From Takakia lepidozioides (taxonomy: Eukaryota > Plantae > Bryophyta), in the NCBI GenBank assembly GCA_030704615.1, contig CM060733.1, positions 59,272,001 through 59,336,000 on the forward strand: a DNA stretch of 64,000 nucleotides, given 5' to 3'. Positions 26,924 to 39,138 of this stretch are shown in pieces. The notes beneath the pieces are model-generated. The model was not told the origin of the DNA. It saw only the letters and a program-made list of their open reading frames with translations, and made no database searches. Numbering within the stretch: the first letter of the stretch is position 1; every line of letters begins with the position of its first letter. A program made the translations under genes and the position numbers.

Positions 26924-27079
26924 TTTTGTATGCTATAATGGATAGCTATAAGGGTTCGAATCCCTATACAAAAATGAAGTTATTGTGAATACCAAAGCTG
27001 CGAAAAGGAATGTCGCAAGGATTTCTTGGCGCGGGGTCAATGGCCACAAGGCTACGACAAACCACGCCTTATGAGTACA
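26924..27079 (+). other. tRNA-like mini fold followed by a 52-bp LINE 3'-end copy (possible SINE)
   Basis: AGGG-TTCGAAT-CCCT T-arm closed by TTTTGTAT/ATACAAAA. 27028-27079 matches the reverse complement of 50117-50168 at 49/52. Confidence 0.4.
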
Positions 27080-27445
27080 TTTTTTGCAGAGCATACCTGC
27101 CGGATTGAAGAAAAAAATTTATCTCAAGAAACCATTTAAAAAGTTGTTCTGACTTCTGTGCATCAAAATCTTATAATTGCAGTTCTTGTCAAGAATGTGA
27201 GCTACAGCTGTAAACACTAGCATTTGAACTCTATACTTCGGAGCCAATGCGATAACCACACTTGCTGTGGCAACACCCTCCCCTACTCGACTCATGGAGG
27301 ACAAACTTCAAGTTTTTTATCTGACCCCTGTCTGACCCCCACAGATCCATTCCTTGACAGTCTCACAAAAAAAATAAGCATAATGTCCCTAGATTGAGAA
27401 AGGCCTGCCAGGGTTGTAGATTTTGCACCCATATTTTCTTCCAGC

Positions 27446-27764
27446 TGTCAAGTTATTTTACCACTAGTGTGAAACTAGCTAGGAAATAGCTAGCTTTTAT
27501 ATATTGAATTGGCCCAAGTGTCAATCCAGGGGTCAAGGCAGATTTAGGCCCTGGAGTGGTTATCTTCACGACAAGCGCGGGAGGCTCATCTTTCTCGAGT
27601 TGAGCCTCACCGCGCGTAGCTATGGCGCCGTAGTGTGGATTCCTCATGGCGTGGGGTGCACTTGGCTTGACTTGTATTTGAGTGATGAGTTTATATATGC
27701 ATGAGTTTATGCTTCAGCTTTGTGAGCTCGCATGAGCTTGTGTTTGTATTCTTTATGTTTATCA
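27446..27764 (+). repeat. 5' terminal repeat B of copy 2
   Basis: Near-identical to 36574-36900 (8-bp indel). Confidence 0.9.
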
Positions 27765-29194
27765 CTCGAGAAAGATCAGCTTGTATCTATGAGTGCAAAT
27801 ACGAGTTAGTTGTAGCACTTGTGGTTTTTGCTTGAGAATGAGAGAAACCAAGTTGTTATGCAAGGAGCACCGTGGAGCTCTTGGTTGTTAGAAGCGAAGG
27901 CGATGTGGGTTACGAGGTGGTAAACCTTGGCATTCGATCTTCAGCTTCACAGACGAAAGCACCATACTGCAGGTAATTCCAGAGCACCTTGATGGTTTCA
28001 GATTGTGTACATGCATGAGCAAGCACGATTGGGAAGAGGACCAGTCAAGAGCAGGTTATAGTGGCTTTGGTGGCAAAGCTGAGAACTGGACTTGGGAATG
28101 CGAGCTTTCATTGTGTGAAGGATTGCAAGACCAAGCGAAAGGGCTGATTTGGCTTGGGGCAAATCAGTGCACTTTGTGGAGTATGTTGAGAGTGGGTTTC
28201 AATCTCGAGCTTCAGCATTGAAAGGGCTCTTGTCATGGCAAGAGCAGGGCTGGAACAGGAGCTAAGAGGTGCGGCGAGGCCATGGAATGTGCACCTAGGG
28301 TTTCAGAGCTTGGAATAAGAGCTCTTGCACCACAAAATGAGTGTCTTGTGGCTGGAAATGTAAGCCTTAGGGTTTCAGGAGCTTGGCAAAGGCTGTGGAG
28401 TGCTTTGTCTTGTCTTAGAGAGCATCAACGAGCCAAGGAGCCAAGATAGGGGGTTGATGTGTGAAGAGGTTGCATGTGTGGAGCATGTATTCAGCTCATT
28501 GAAGCTTCCATTTTCAAGCTTGGAGGGCAAGCAAGGAAGAGGAAAGGGCTGACTTCCCTTATGTGAGAGCAATGCATGTGTGGAGCATGCTTTCAGCCTG
28601 TTGAAGGCTTGTACTTTCAAGTTTGGGAGTGCAAGAAAGAAAGCAAAGGGGCTGATTCTCTGGTGGTGAGAGTGGGGCATGTGTGGAGCATGCCTTCAGT
28701 CCATTGGGCTTTTGTTTTCAAGCTTTAGAGAACTAGAAGAGAAGGTAAGGGGCTGATCTGCTCTTATGTGACAGTCCGACACTTGTAGAGCGTGTTCTGA
28801 GTTGGGATTTCAACCTCAAGCCTAGATAGAGCATGGCTCTTGAAGTGGCAGGTGTAGGGGGCTGGAATAGGCTCTAAGACAGATGTTATGGCCAAAGGAA
28901 ACGCTTGAATGAGTGCTCACAAGGGCTGGAAACCAGCAAGGATTGGTTGTTTGCCATTGAGTTTAGTGGCGTGTTTGGGGAGTCTAACTGAGAAAGAAGG
29001 CTTGGTTTGTGGCAACCATCTTCCTCATGGCTTAGGGCTACTATTGGTGGTGTGTGGGAGCCGAAAGAGCAAGAATACCTTGCTGATTTTTTCATAGCCG
29101 CCATAGTTCGGTGCAAAGAAGCCTAGAGTCCAAGAGACACAAACCCTAGCTTGGCGTGGCTAAACCCCTTGGAGAAAGGTTAAACTGTCATGAG

Positions 29195-29420
29195 TGGCCT
29201 GTGGGGCTGTGACGGGCTGTGACAGGCTGTGCCCTGTGCCCTGTGGGGCTATGACGGGCTGTGATGGGCTGTGACAGGCTATGCCATGTGGCCTGTGGGG
29301 CTGTGACAGGCTGTGGTGAGCTGTGACGGGCTGTGAGGGGCTGTGACAAGCTGTGCCCTTTGGCCTGTGGGGCTGTGACGGGCTGTGACAGGCTGTGGCG
29401 AGCTATGACGGGCTGCGACG
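29195..29420 (+). repeat. GGGCTGTGAC ~10-bp minisatellite upstream of gag
   Basis: Tandem (G/A)GGCTGTGAC units. Confidence 0.85.
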
Positions 29421-29456
29421 TCCACCCAAGCCACTACCGCACCAGCACTAGTACCC

Positions 29457-31358
29457 GTGCCTGCCTTCAACCCTGTTGTGGAGTTCTTCGAAGAGTTGAG
29501 AGGGAACTACCAAGGGGTGATGACAGAGAAGTTGCGGAGCTTGCAAGAGTTCCAACGGAAGCCGACCGAGAGCTTGAGGGAAGCTTTCACTCGCATGAGG
29601 CGCTTGATAAATGTAACCCAAGGGGTTACGGAAGCTCAGGCAGTCCAATTCTGGTATGGGATATTGGACAAGGAGCTGAGGAGAAGGGTGCGGGATGCAA
29701 CTCTCCTACAAGCGGCCCAACCCACCTTAGCAAATGTGTTTTTGCTGGCAGAGCGGATAGAGCTCAAGATGGTGGAGGAACGAGTGGTCATGGTGGGATT
29801 TGTTAAGGAGACATCACGGGGTAGTGGTGCTCCTAGCCAACCACTACCTCGACGTGCTCAAGGCAACAAGGGGCTCAGGTGAAGCTCAGGGAAGGGCAGA
29901 GAGGACCTCAGATGCAGGGGTCTCTCCCTTCATTTGCTGGCCAACAACAGGCGGATGTGGTGTGCTGGACATGTGGAGGACCCCATATCAAGAAGGATTG
30001 CCCAGAGGGAGACAAAGGGCCGGCACATGCACAGCCTGCACAGTTGCAATGTGGGCATTGTGGCAAGCACGGGCATGGAGAGGCCCAGTTTGCATCCCGA
30101 GTTGCGCCCAGGCCAGTTCCAAGGGAACAATGGTGGCCGGGGGCGAGGTGGAGCAGCCCAAAGAGGACGAGGTGGCCAGCCACGAGGTGCAAGCCAAGGG
30201 CAAGCTCAACATGGCCAAGGACGCGGAGGTCAGGGTGTTGACCAAGGCATGGCCAACCGGCTTCAGCAGCTAGAGCAGAGGCCCGCTGCCATGGCTACAG
30301 CTCAGGTGGTACCGGCTCTAAGGCCGGATGGTCCACCTCCTGCTCCTGAGGGAGGAGATATGGGAGGCATGGGATTCATGTGTGGAGCAACACTACCACT
30401 AGTGCAGGTGGAGTCTGCTGCAGCCGTGACTCGAGGAGCAGCACAAATTCCTAAGCCACGAGGTACAGAGGTGGAGTTGGATCCACAGCGTGGGGAGGCA
30501 AGCCGTCAGGCTAGGCTTCCTCAGTCATTCACATTGGCGGAGATAGTGTCGACGCCATCCATGGCACCTAGTTCTCGCCCGATTGTTACCGAGGCGGAGG
30601 TTACTATGCCATTGGGGAGAGCTACACGAGTAGTACCACTACCTAGTATTGCCAAGGCTACGATAGCTAGTGTGCTGCTAGGAGCGGCCACATCTGTGTG
30701 TCAGGCTCCATTGTTCTCGGCTACCATGATTGCGACGCCGGGGGTAAGACCAGCTGAGGTGTTCAGGCTGGCAGCTACACTTTGTGAGAGTGGGGAGGTT
30801 ACTTCATCTTCTGCGGAGATAGTGGGAGGTGTAGTGCCGGAGGGATCCTCGAATTTGAGGGTCAAGACTGCCACGGTGGCGCCATGGCAAGCTGCAGCTG
30901 CCAGGTTGATGGAGCTGCCAGCTAGGCCAGCCATTGAGCGCGCCATGGTTACACCTGGAGTTGTCATGTTAGACAACCAGGATGACATTTTCTATTTGAG
31001 TGGACCGGCAGGCAAGAGGTACCGGCCACTGCGGGTCTTGTTGGACTCGGGAGTTCAGCCATTGATGTTGGGCAGAGCCGCTATTGCAGGCTTGGGCCTC
31101 ACGGAGGCGGATATGGAGCCTTGTCCTTTCCAGATACAGACGTCTCTGGGAGGATCGGAGCAGGCTTGGGGCATGACACGACGTGAGTTGGCTATCAGAC
31201 TACGGCCGGATCACCCTACAGATGGCTCAGTGATGCGAGCCAAGGCCATTGTGACAGAGGCGGTCTCATACGATGTCCTGGTTGGTGGGGCAGTGTTGTA
31301 CCCCATGGGCTTCACCCTAGATTTTTGGGAGGAGTCAGCTTCCTATAGGCCTGGATGA
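29457..31358 (+). pseudogene. gag (capsid C-terminal part, CCHC knuckles, RGG-rich tail) and aspartic protease
   Basis: FQRKPTESLREAFTRM; CWTCGGPHIKKDC and CGHCGKHGH; VLLDSGVQ...YDVLVGG; frameshifted. Confidence 0.85.
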
Positions 31359-31756
31359 CAATCAGGGGAGGGCCGGCGTGTACAGCTCCCTGTGACGTTC
31401 ATAGGAGGAGTTGCGGTTGCCCAACGAGGCAAGATGCTGACACTAGCAGCATTCACAGCGGCAGTGAATTGGCCTGGAGAGTTGCTTGAGGGCAACGCTC
31501 ATTCAGAGGATGTGCCACCTCTGGGAGAGCAGGAGGACATGTATGGTATGGCGGAGTTGCCTACCATGGTTGCTCAGACTCCATTGTGGGGCACGAGCAA
31601 GGATTTGCAGTGAGATGTTGATCGACGGGTGCAACAAGCCTAGGTAGAGGCTTTTGTACCGTCAGGAGAGGAGGAGAGTGCGGGGATTGCACCAAGACCA
31701 CCTCAGTTGTCTCCATTGGACACCACACCTATTGTGTGGCAGTATCTGGATGAAGA

Positions 31757-32700
31757 CATTTGTCTTCTGGACTTATTTGGCGGGATCAGCACCTGATTGG
31801 CTGTTGTGTTACAGGCAGGTATACGAGTTTGGCGTTACATGTATGTGGAGAGGGATGAGACTGCACGACGCGTTTCACTTTGCCATGTTGATCAGTTGGT
31901 GCAGCGGTACCCTGAGTTATTGCCGGTGTCTGCAGTTTGTGGATATCAGCAGGCCTTACCAACAGACATTTCGTTGCTGGGGGCGCAGGATTTGGAGCGG
32001 GTTGGCTCCATTGATCTGGTAGTGGCAGGTTGGCCCTGCCAAGGGCATTCATCAGCCGGGCATGGCAATGGATTGCGAAACTCGAGGTCGGGTCTGTTTT
32101 GGGAGATGGTGCGGGTTTTGCGCCACTTGCAGATTCATCAAACTGTATCTCCAGCATACATCTTGGAGAATGTGGGGCAATTCTCGGGCCAGGGTGATGG
32201 CCAGTGTGCATCAAGTTCGGTCGTGGCTTGGGTCAGTAGTGTTGCTAGATGCAGCTATAGTGGGGTCACGGGCTCATCGTCCACGGCTATGGTGGACTAA
32301 CTTGATGCCACCCGCACTGCTCAAGCGTGCATTTGATAGGGTGCAGCGGCCAGCACATCTCATAGTGGATAGCATTCTGGACACAGGGAGGCAGTCTCAG
32401 CGTGTGAGACACGATGACCGTTTGTCTTTGGTAGTGGTCAACAAGGTGGGTCAACCACGAGCAGCATTACCTACACTGCTCAGCTTCCCAGGATCGCATG
32501 CTTTCTGGGATAGTGGACCTGGCCTCCTGTTGGATGCTCAGTTGCAGTAGTTAGTGGAGCCTAATGCTGACGAGTGTGAGCGGGCAATGGGTTTTCCCAT
32601 TGGTACCACGGCGGTGTCGTCTCTTTCTGAGGCATCACGTCGTCAGGTGTTAGGGCAAGCAATGGATCTCAATTGCTTGACCTGGATTATCAGCTTGGCT
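31757..32700 (+). pseudogene. DNMT3-like C5 cytosine methyltransferase domain within pol
   Basis: LDLFGGIST, YVERD, IDLVVAGWPCQGHS, YILENV, AHRPRLWWTNL, ERAMGFPIGTT...RRQVLGQAMD. Confidence 0.9.
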
Positions 32701-33156
32701 ATGGCTGAGCAACGTAGAGTGCGGAGTACACTTCCCTCGATGGTCTCTCTGCCTATCGAGACGGTACAGGCAGTGAGTGGGGGCGAGCATGTGAGGACCA
32801 CAGGGTGCAGGCATCCATGGCACACGTGGGAGGTGCTCGAGGTTCAGAGGGAGTTGGCAGCCAAGGTGGCGGTGAAATATGAGGTTGGGGATTTTTCTCG
32901 GGTGGAGGAAGTCATTGAGGATGAGATGATGGGGCAGGATGAGGCCTTGTCACTGACTGAGCAGGTAGGGAGTACTGCTCAAGAGGTTGCAACATAGCAA
33001 CCACTGGACGCGTCCTCTACCTCTAAGCCCACTGGACTTAAGGTTGCAGTTACGGAGGACAATTGGGAGCCTGACATTGGACCCATTGTCACAGGAGGAG
33101 AGAGACGATGTATACGGCGGTTCCTGAGGGCTTACAGGAATTGCTTTGCCTTCAGT

Positions 33157-34449
33157 TTGAAGGACTTGGGAGCACTGAAGGGTCAGGAGATCCGTATTGA
33201 GTTGGCCACTGACACGCCAATCTTTCGGAGACCCTATAGATATAGTGACATGGAGAGGTCTTTGATTCAGATGAGGACTCAAGATCTCTGGGAGGCAGGT
33301 TTGGTGGAGCTCTCTGGTGGAGAGTATGCTTCAGCCACAGTGATGCCAGCCAAGAAGGATGTCTATGGCAATTGGACGGAGAGACGTATGTGCGGTGATT
33401 ACCGGTCTGTAAATCGTCAGACCAAGTCCAATAAGTATGCCATGCCAACACCAGAGGAGATCTTTGATACCATCGGGCATGCTAAGGTCTTTAGCACTTT
33501 GGATTTACGATCCGGATATCACCAGTTGCCAATCAAGGAGGCAGACAAGCAGAAGACGGCATTTTGGGGGATCAATGAGCACGGCAAGGATTGCCTATAT
33601 CAGTGGCGGTTCTCACCATTTGGGCTTAAGAATGCTCCTGCAGAGTTTCAGAGAGTCATGGATAGGATTCTAGCAGGGGTGGACTTTGCTCGGTGCTACA
33701 TAGATGACATCATCATCTTTAGTGTTACGGTGGAGGAGCATGAGAGACACCTTCAGGTGGTATTGGAGCGCTTGAGAGCGCACGGATTGAAGTTGCATCC
33801 GGGGAAGTGCAAGTTTTTCCACAACCAGATTGAGTATCTGGGTCACATGATATATCCTGGAGGATTGGGGGTACAGCAGACTAAGATAGAGGCCATTGCA
33901 CAAATTCCATGCCCCACGGATGTGAGCCGAGTTCGAGCTTTCATGGGGTTGGCAAACTATTATAGACGGTTTGTCAAGGGATTTAGTACCATTGCAAAGG
34001 CTCTAACCAAGCTGACCAAGGAGGACCAGGAGTGGCAGTGGGAAGATGAGCAGAAACGAGCTTTTCAAGAGCTCAAGGCGAGGTTGACCTCGACGCCTAT
34101 CCTGAGACGACCTATCAGGGGACGTCCCTTTCAGCTGCATACGGATTGGAGCATGTTGGGGCTTGGAGCGGTGCTCACACAAGTGGATGATGAGGGAAGA
34201 GAGTTTGTAGTGGCTTATGCTAGCCGCTCGAACAACGCTGCAGAGGCTAAGTACAGCTCATATGAGGGGGAGTGCTTAGCTGGAGTGTGGGCCGTGGCAC
34301 ACTTCAGGTGCTATCTATACGGCAATCTTTTCACCCTTGTCACGGATCACCAGCCACTCAAGTGGTTGATGGAGTCAGACAAGCTTACGGGGAAGCTTGC
34401 ACGGTGGGCACTCATACTCCAGGAGTATGACTTTCAGGTTGTGCATTGA
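33157..34449 (+). pseudogene. Reverse transcriptase and RNase H
   Basis: 430-aa ORF with RMCGDYR, LDLRSGYHQ, YIDDI, LHTDWS and DHQPL. Confidence 0.95.
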
Positions 34450-34455
34450 CCGGGT

Positions 34456-36123
34456 TTGGTCAATCGGGATGCGGATGGATTGAGTCGCAATCCATGCATG
34501 AGCCAGCAGGATGACACTGGAGCTCGGTGGCATGGTGAGACGGACGAGGAGATGGTGCCGGGATGGCACGCATCTGCATTTTTGTGTATCTTGGCGTCGG
34601 GAGGTCAGGTTGGACCTACAACAGGGATGACTGTAGATGGAGTGTTTGAGGACCCTGAGGCTAGTGATGAGCCAGGTGGTGCCAGAGATATACATGAGGA
34701 TTCGGCTGTGTTGGACTACCTCCGCACGGAAGACACAGCAGCCACTGTGACTGCTAGGGAGAGGGATCGGATCCTGCAACGAGCCAAGAGGTTCAAGTGG
34801 GAGGGGATACACCTACTCCGAGTGTGGGAGGATGGTCGGGTGAGGATTGTGCCTCACCCCACACAGCGTGCACGGTTAGTGCGGCATGCCCATGAGGAGT
34901 TGGGGCATTTTGGAGTGCGACGCACTCATAGTTTTCTGCAAGGGCAATATCGGTGGCGTGGTATGCATACAGAGGTACAACAATTCGTGGCTAGGTGCAT
35001 GGTGTGTGACAGGGTGCGTGCTTCATTCAACACCCCTACACCACAGTTGCATCATTTACCAATCATGGGATTGGGCTACAGGTGGAGTCTTGACTTCGCA
35101 GGACCGTTGCCACTGACTATGTGCCACCACAGATATGTGTTGGTGATGGTGGAGCACTTCTCCAAGTGGATTGAGTTGGTTCCATTGCCTGACAAGGCTA
35201 GTGAGGGGGCTGCGTATGCATTCTTGGATCGTGTGCTTAGCCGATTTGGTGCTCCAGCTGAGGTACTCACGGACCGGAGAAGGGAGAGAGTTCTTGGGGG
35301 AGTTTCAGGCTTTGTGTGATAAAGCCTTGATAGACCACCGCACCACTTCTCGGGATCATCATGAGGCCGATGGCTTAGCAGAGAGAGTTGTTTAGACGGT
35401 GAAGAGGGGTTTGCGCAAGTATGGCTTGCAAAAGGGACACCTAGGAGATTGGGATCTTCAGGTTCCTTGGTTAGCCATGGGCTACAGGTTCAGCAAACAA
35501 GCATCACTTGCCTCCTTCTCACCATATTTTCTTCTCTTTGGCCGAGAGCCGGATTTGTTTGCAGCCATTCGTAGGGACACTGCTCAAGTCCTTAACCTTG
35601 ACGATCCGGACGTGTGGGTACGTGCATGTGATCAGCGTGCAGAATTGTTCAAGAAAGTCATGCCCATGGCTTTTGAGAACCTTGCCATTGCACAGCACCG
35701 TGATACGTTGAGGTATGCCACTATATATGGTGGAGGATATCGTCCTGGGGTTCAGAGGTTTAGCCCTGGTGACTATGTTTATTTGCAGCAGACTGCTCCT
35801 ACGACTCTGGGCGTGTTATTCTGAGGGTTCGAGAGGTGTTGCCCTCAGGGGTCCTGATCTTGGAGGGTTGGGATGGCATGACTTGGAAGGACTACGTGCA
35901 TAATTGTGCGCCATGTCACCTTCCCAATGTCGATAGCAGAGTTGACCCAAACTTGGCAGTGGTACCTGCAGGTTTGAGGTGCATGCTCTGTGGGTTTGCC
36001 AAAGGGGCAGTCACCATGCTGGTGTGTGATCGATGCTCAAGGGGTTGGCATATGGGATGCTTGACACCACCTCTTGAGAAGGTTCCTGACGGAGATTGGT
36101 TGTATCCACATTGCTTGGGATAG
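34456..36123 (+). pseudogene. Integrase plus C-terminal PHD finger
   Basis: HHCC, DFAGP, LTD and LAER motifs; CMLC...VCDRCSRGWHMGCLTPPLEKVPDGDW. Confidence 0.9.
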
Positions 36124-36368
36124 TGGCAGTGGACATGACTGGAGGCAGCTAACAAGACATGGGAGGCCAAGCTCATAGGAGTCAATACATGAGATCCCAA
36201 GCTCAAGTTCACAGATTGCAAGATGGCGACTAACGATGGGGCAACTCTTGCACCCGGCCTCTTGATCTATCGAGTTTGAGTGTAGTAGGGATAGTGGTGG
36301 AGGACTTAGTGAGGCTATGGTCACTATCACATCTTGTGGCTACCTGGACTTAGAGGGACCTAAGCACC

Positions 36369-36381
36369 AGCTAGGGGGGCG
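36369..36381 (+). promoter_or_regulatory. Polypurine tract of copy 2
   Basis: AGCTAGGGGGGCG directly precedes repeat A (ATTGTG). Confidence 0.7.
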
Positions 36382-37089
36382 ATTGTGTGGACTAGTGACT
36401 GCCATAGTGGGCAGCATAGTGGCAGCCTAGTGACTGACTAGTTGTAGCCTAGTGGTTGGACTAGTGGCTGGACCAGTGGTGGACTAGTGATATACTAGTG
36501 TGTGGCGTGCACATGTATTGTGTGGTTTTGGACAACGATGTAGTTGTGTAGCGATATGTATGCGCACGACAACTGTCAAGTTATTTTACCACTAGTGTGA
36601 AACTAGCTAGGAAATAGCTAGCTTTTACATATTGACATTTGGGATTGGCCCAAGTGTCAATCCAGGGGTCAAAGCAAATTTAGGCCCTGGAGTGGTTATC
36701 TTCACGGCAAGCGCGGGAGGCTCATCTTTCTCGAGTTGAGCCTCACCGCGCCTAGCTATGGCGCCGTAGTGTGGATTCCCCATGGCGTGGGGTGTACTTG
36801 GCTTGACTTGTATTTGAGTGATAAGTTTATATATGCATGAGTTCATGCTTCAGCTTTGTGAGCTCGCATGAGCTTGTGCTTGTATTCTTCATCTTTATCA
36901 TTGTGTGGACTAGTGACTGCCATAGTGGGCAGCATAGTGGTAGCCTAGTGACTGACTAGTTGTAGCCTAGTGGTTGGACTAGTGGCTGGACTAGTGGTGG
37001 ACTAGTGATATACTAGTGTGTGGCGTGCACGTGTGTTGTGTGGTTTTGGACAACGATGTAGTTGTGTAGCGATATGTATGCGCACGACA
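36382..37089 (+). repeat. 3' terminal block of copy 2 (A-AC-B-A)
   Basis: A 36382-36571, AC 36572-36573, B 36574-36900, A 36900/36901-37089. Confidence 0.92.
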
Positions 37090-39138
37090 CAGCCATCTAA
37101 TTTTTGAATAGCCCTGACCAACAAGAGCCGCCATGCAATTGTTCCCAAGCTTCATTTTTCTTCTTGGTCATAGTTGACTGTTGAGGGCATATGACACCAT
37201 TTGGGATTTAACTCTTTTTGTCCCCTTCAATAATTGAACTATTAACAATATATTTATTTGGCTACAAAAAAATGATATTTTGGCTAAAATATTTTAGGGT
37301 TCAGCCAGAACTTGTCGACATGGCCTTCTGTCTTGTTGAGAAAGAAAAACTTGGCACTAGCTAGCATCCTAAGAATCTATGCTGATTCTGTTGGAAATGA
37401 AGAACCTTGCTTTTGGCCGTTAGCTAGAAGTGACGGAGTACTCAAAAGTTGGCATCCGTACGCAATGTGGATTACAGGTACTTGAATCTCGAATGAAGAA
37501 AAACAATTCTCTGTGCAGTATCTTTGTAGAGAACCAAATGACTCATGCTCACTAATAAAAGAAACTTTGATTACTAGCAACAGCCTTCATGGGGTTTACA
37601 GCTACATGGGAACACGAGCTCTAACAATATCTAGTCATGTGGCCTACTCTTCTGAGTGATTGCGTAGGTGGCATCTCCAGCCTTGAATGTGTTTTTGCAT
37701 ATGTGGCATTTGCATTCACAACACTGAGCAGAGAGGGGGACACAGGTGAGCACAAAGCTTCTCGCAAGCTGGTCATCGTCCAAGACGCTACCGTCACTGT
37801 GCCTGACTCGATAATCCCGACACACGACAAACATACACCAACAAGGCAGAAGTATGGGACTTCCTCAACGATGTCTACGAGCACGACACTGCAGGGACAC
37901 AATAGCCACGAGCACAATGCTGGCGGAAAGAGCCGCTGCCATCTCTTCTCACTTTAAAACACTCCAAGCTTGTGCTTGAGAGGGGGCAAGAGCACATCCA
38001 ACAGAGATGAAGAAAGGTAGCACTACGAGCAGACAACAAGAGTGTGGAGGGCACACAGGAAATGGTGTAGCTATAACAAGCTCAACCTCATCCACGTAGC
38101 GCGTGATCCCCTGTGATGGAGAAAACATATTTCTTTTCGTAATTTTGTGTCTTGAATCGTTTTGAAGCAATCGATCGTCTCTCTTGCCATCACACATGTG
38201 GTTGTTCACCAACTAAGTCACACATGTCATGGTGCATATCCAATATCTGATGTTATGAAATCGTCAGCTCACAATTCAGTTGAACTGACGATGGTTCAAT
38301 TGAACTATGAAACTCAAATCTAGTTCGCAATTAAATTAAATTGTAATGTCACTACAGCAAATGGGGGGGGGGGGGGGGGGGGGGGGGTTTGCGACGCTAG
38401 CTGCGCCCCCCCACGCCGCGCGGCGCCGAGCGTGCGACGCCAACCCCGCGGAGCGTGTTTGCGACGCCAGGCTGTCGCAGCCAAACCCGCGGGTCGCCAC
38501 CTGGCCGTCGCAAGGGCGGATGACGGGCAAAAGACAGCCCTTCCGTGCGACGCCCAAGCGTCGCCCCCCAGCGAAGGGCAGAAGGCAGCCCTTTCTGGCG
38601 ACGGCCGGTCGTCGCACGCCGAAAAAAAAACCTTTCTTGCCCTTTTTTTCATCGCAGCCCTTTCTTGCGACGCCAGGCCGTCGCATGGTGGCATGAAGGG
38701 CAAAAGGCCCCTGCGACGGCCGGGCGTCGCAAACTGCCCGGTTGTCCTATTCTTGCAAAACAAAAAAAACAGGTCACAATTTGCGACGGCAGGGCTTTCT
38801 AGGTTTAGGTTTAGGGCTTTTGGGGGTTCTTAGTTTTTTTGTTTTTTTTTTCATATGGTACTAGGGTAGGGTGTTTGTTTTTCTTTATGGTTTAGCTTGT
38901 TGTTGTGGACCTTCTTGTAGATTGTGACATTCATTTTGATAATTCTCTTGATACCACATCTGTATGTGTTGCTCCAACATATTCGTTGTCTCTGCCTTTT
39001 TTCTTGAAAGACTACCAGCCATAGCCATATTTGATCAATCATAGAAATAAAGTACAATATGCATGTACATGTACAATCAATCGAAGGAGGGAGGGTCCAG
39101 TTCGGTGCGAGAATTGTTATGTAGCTTTGATTTTGTGT

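Larger units (their letters stand above)
27446..37089 (+). mobile_element. Ty3/Gypsy retrotransposon copy 2 with DNMT3-like and PHD domains and permuted LTRs; decayed
   Basis: TG...CA ends with perfect 4-bp TSD CAGC (27442-27445, 37090-37093). B 27446-27764 = 36574-36900. A 36382-36571 = 36900-37089. Order gag-AP-DNMT-RT-RH-INT-PHD. Confidence 0.93.

Noticed and set aside
26924-26973. Functional tRNA gene
   Set aside because: Only 50 nt with one arm missing.
29183-29192. Extra att-like AACTGTCATG before gag
   Set aside because: The upstream CGACA half is missing and I found no counterpart in copy 1; probably chance.
27446-37089. Ngaro/PAT/DIRS tyrosine-recombinase element, suggested by the split repeats
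   Set aside because: No tyrosine recombinase motifs seen; a DDE integrase, protease, PPT and 4-bp TSD are present.
36382-37089. Assembly artefact or chance solo-LTR insertion explaining A-B-A
   Set aside because: The same layout and joint occur in a diverged copy on the other strand, and TSDs bracket the whole structure in both.
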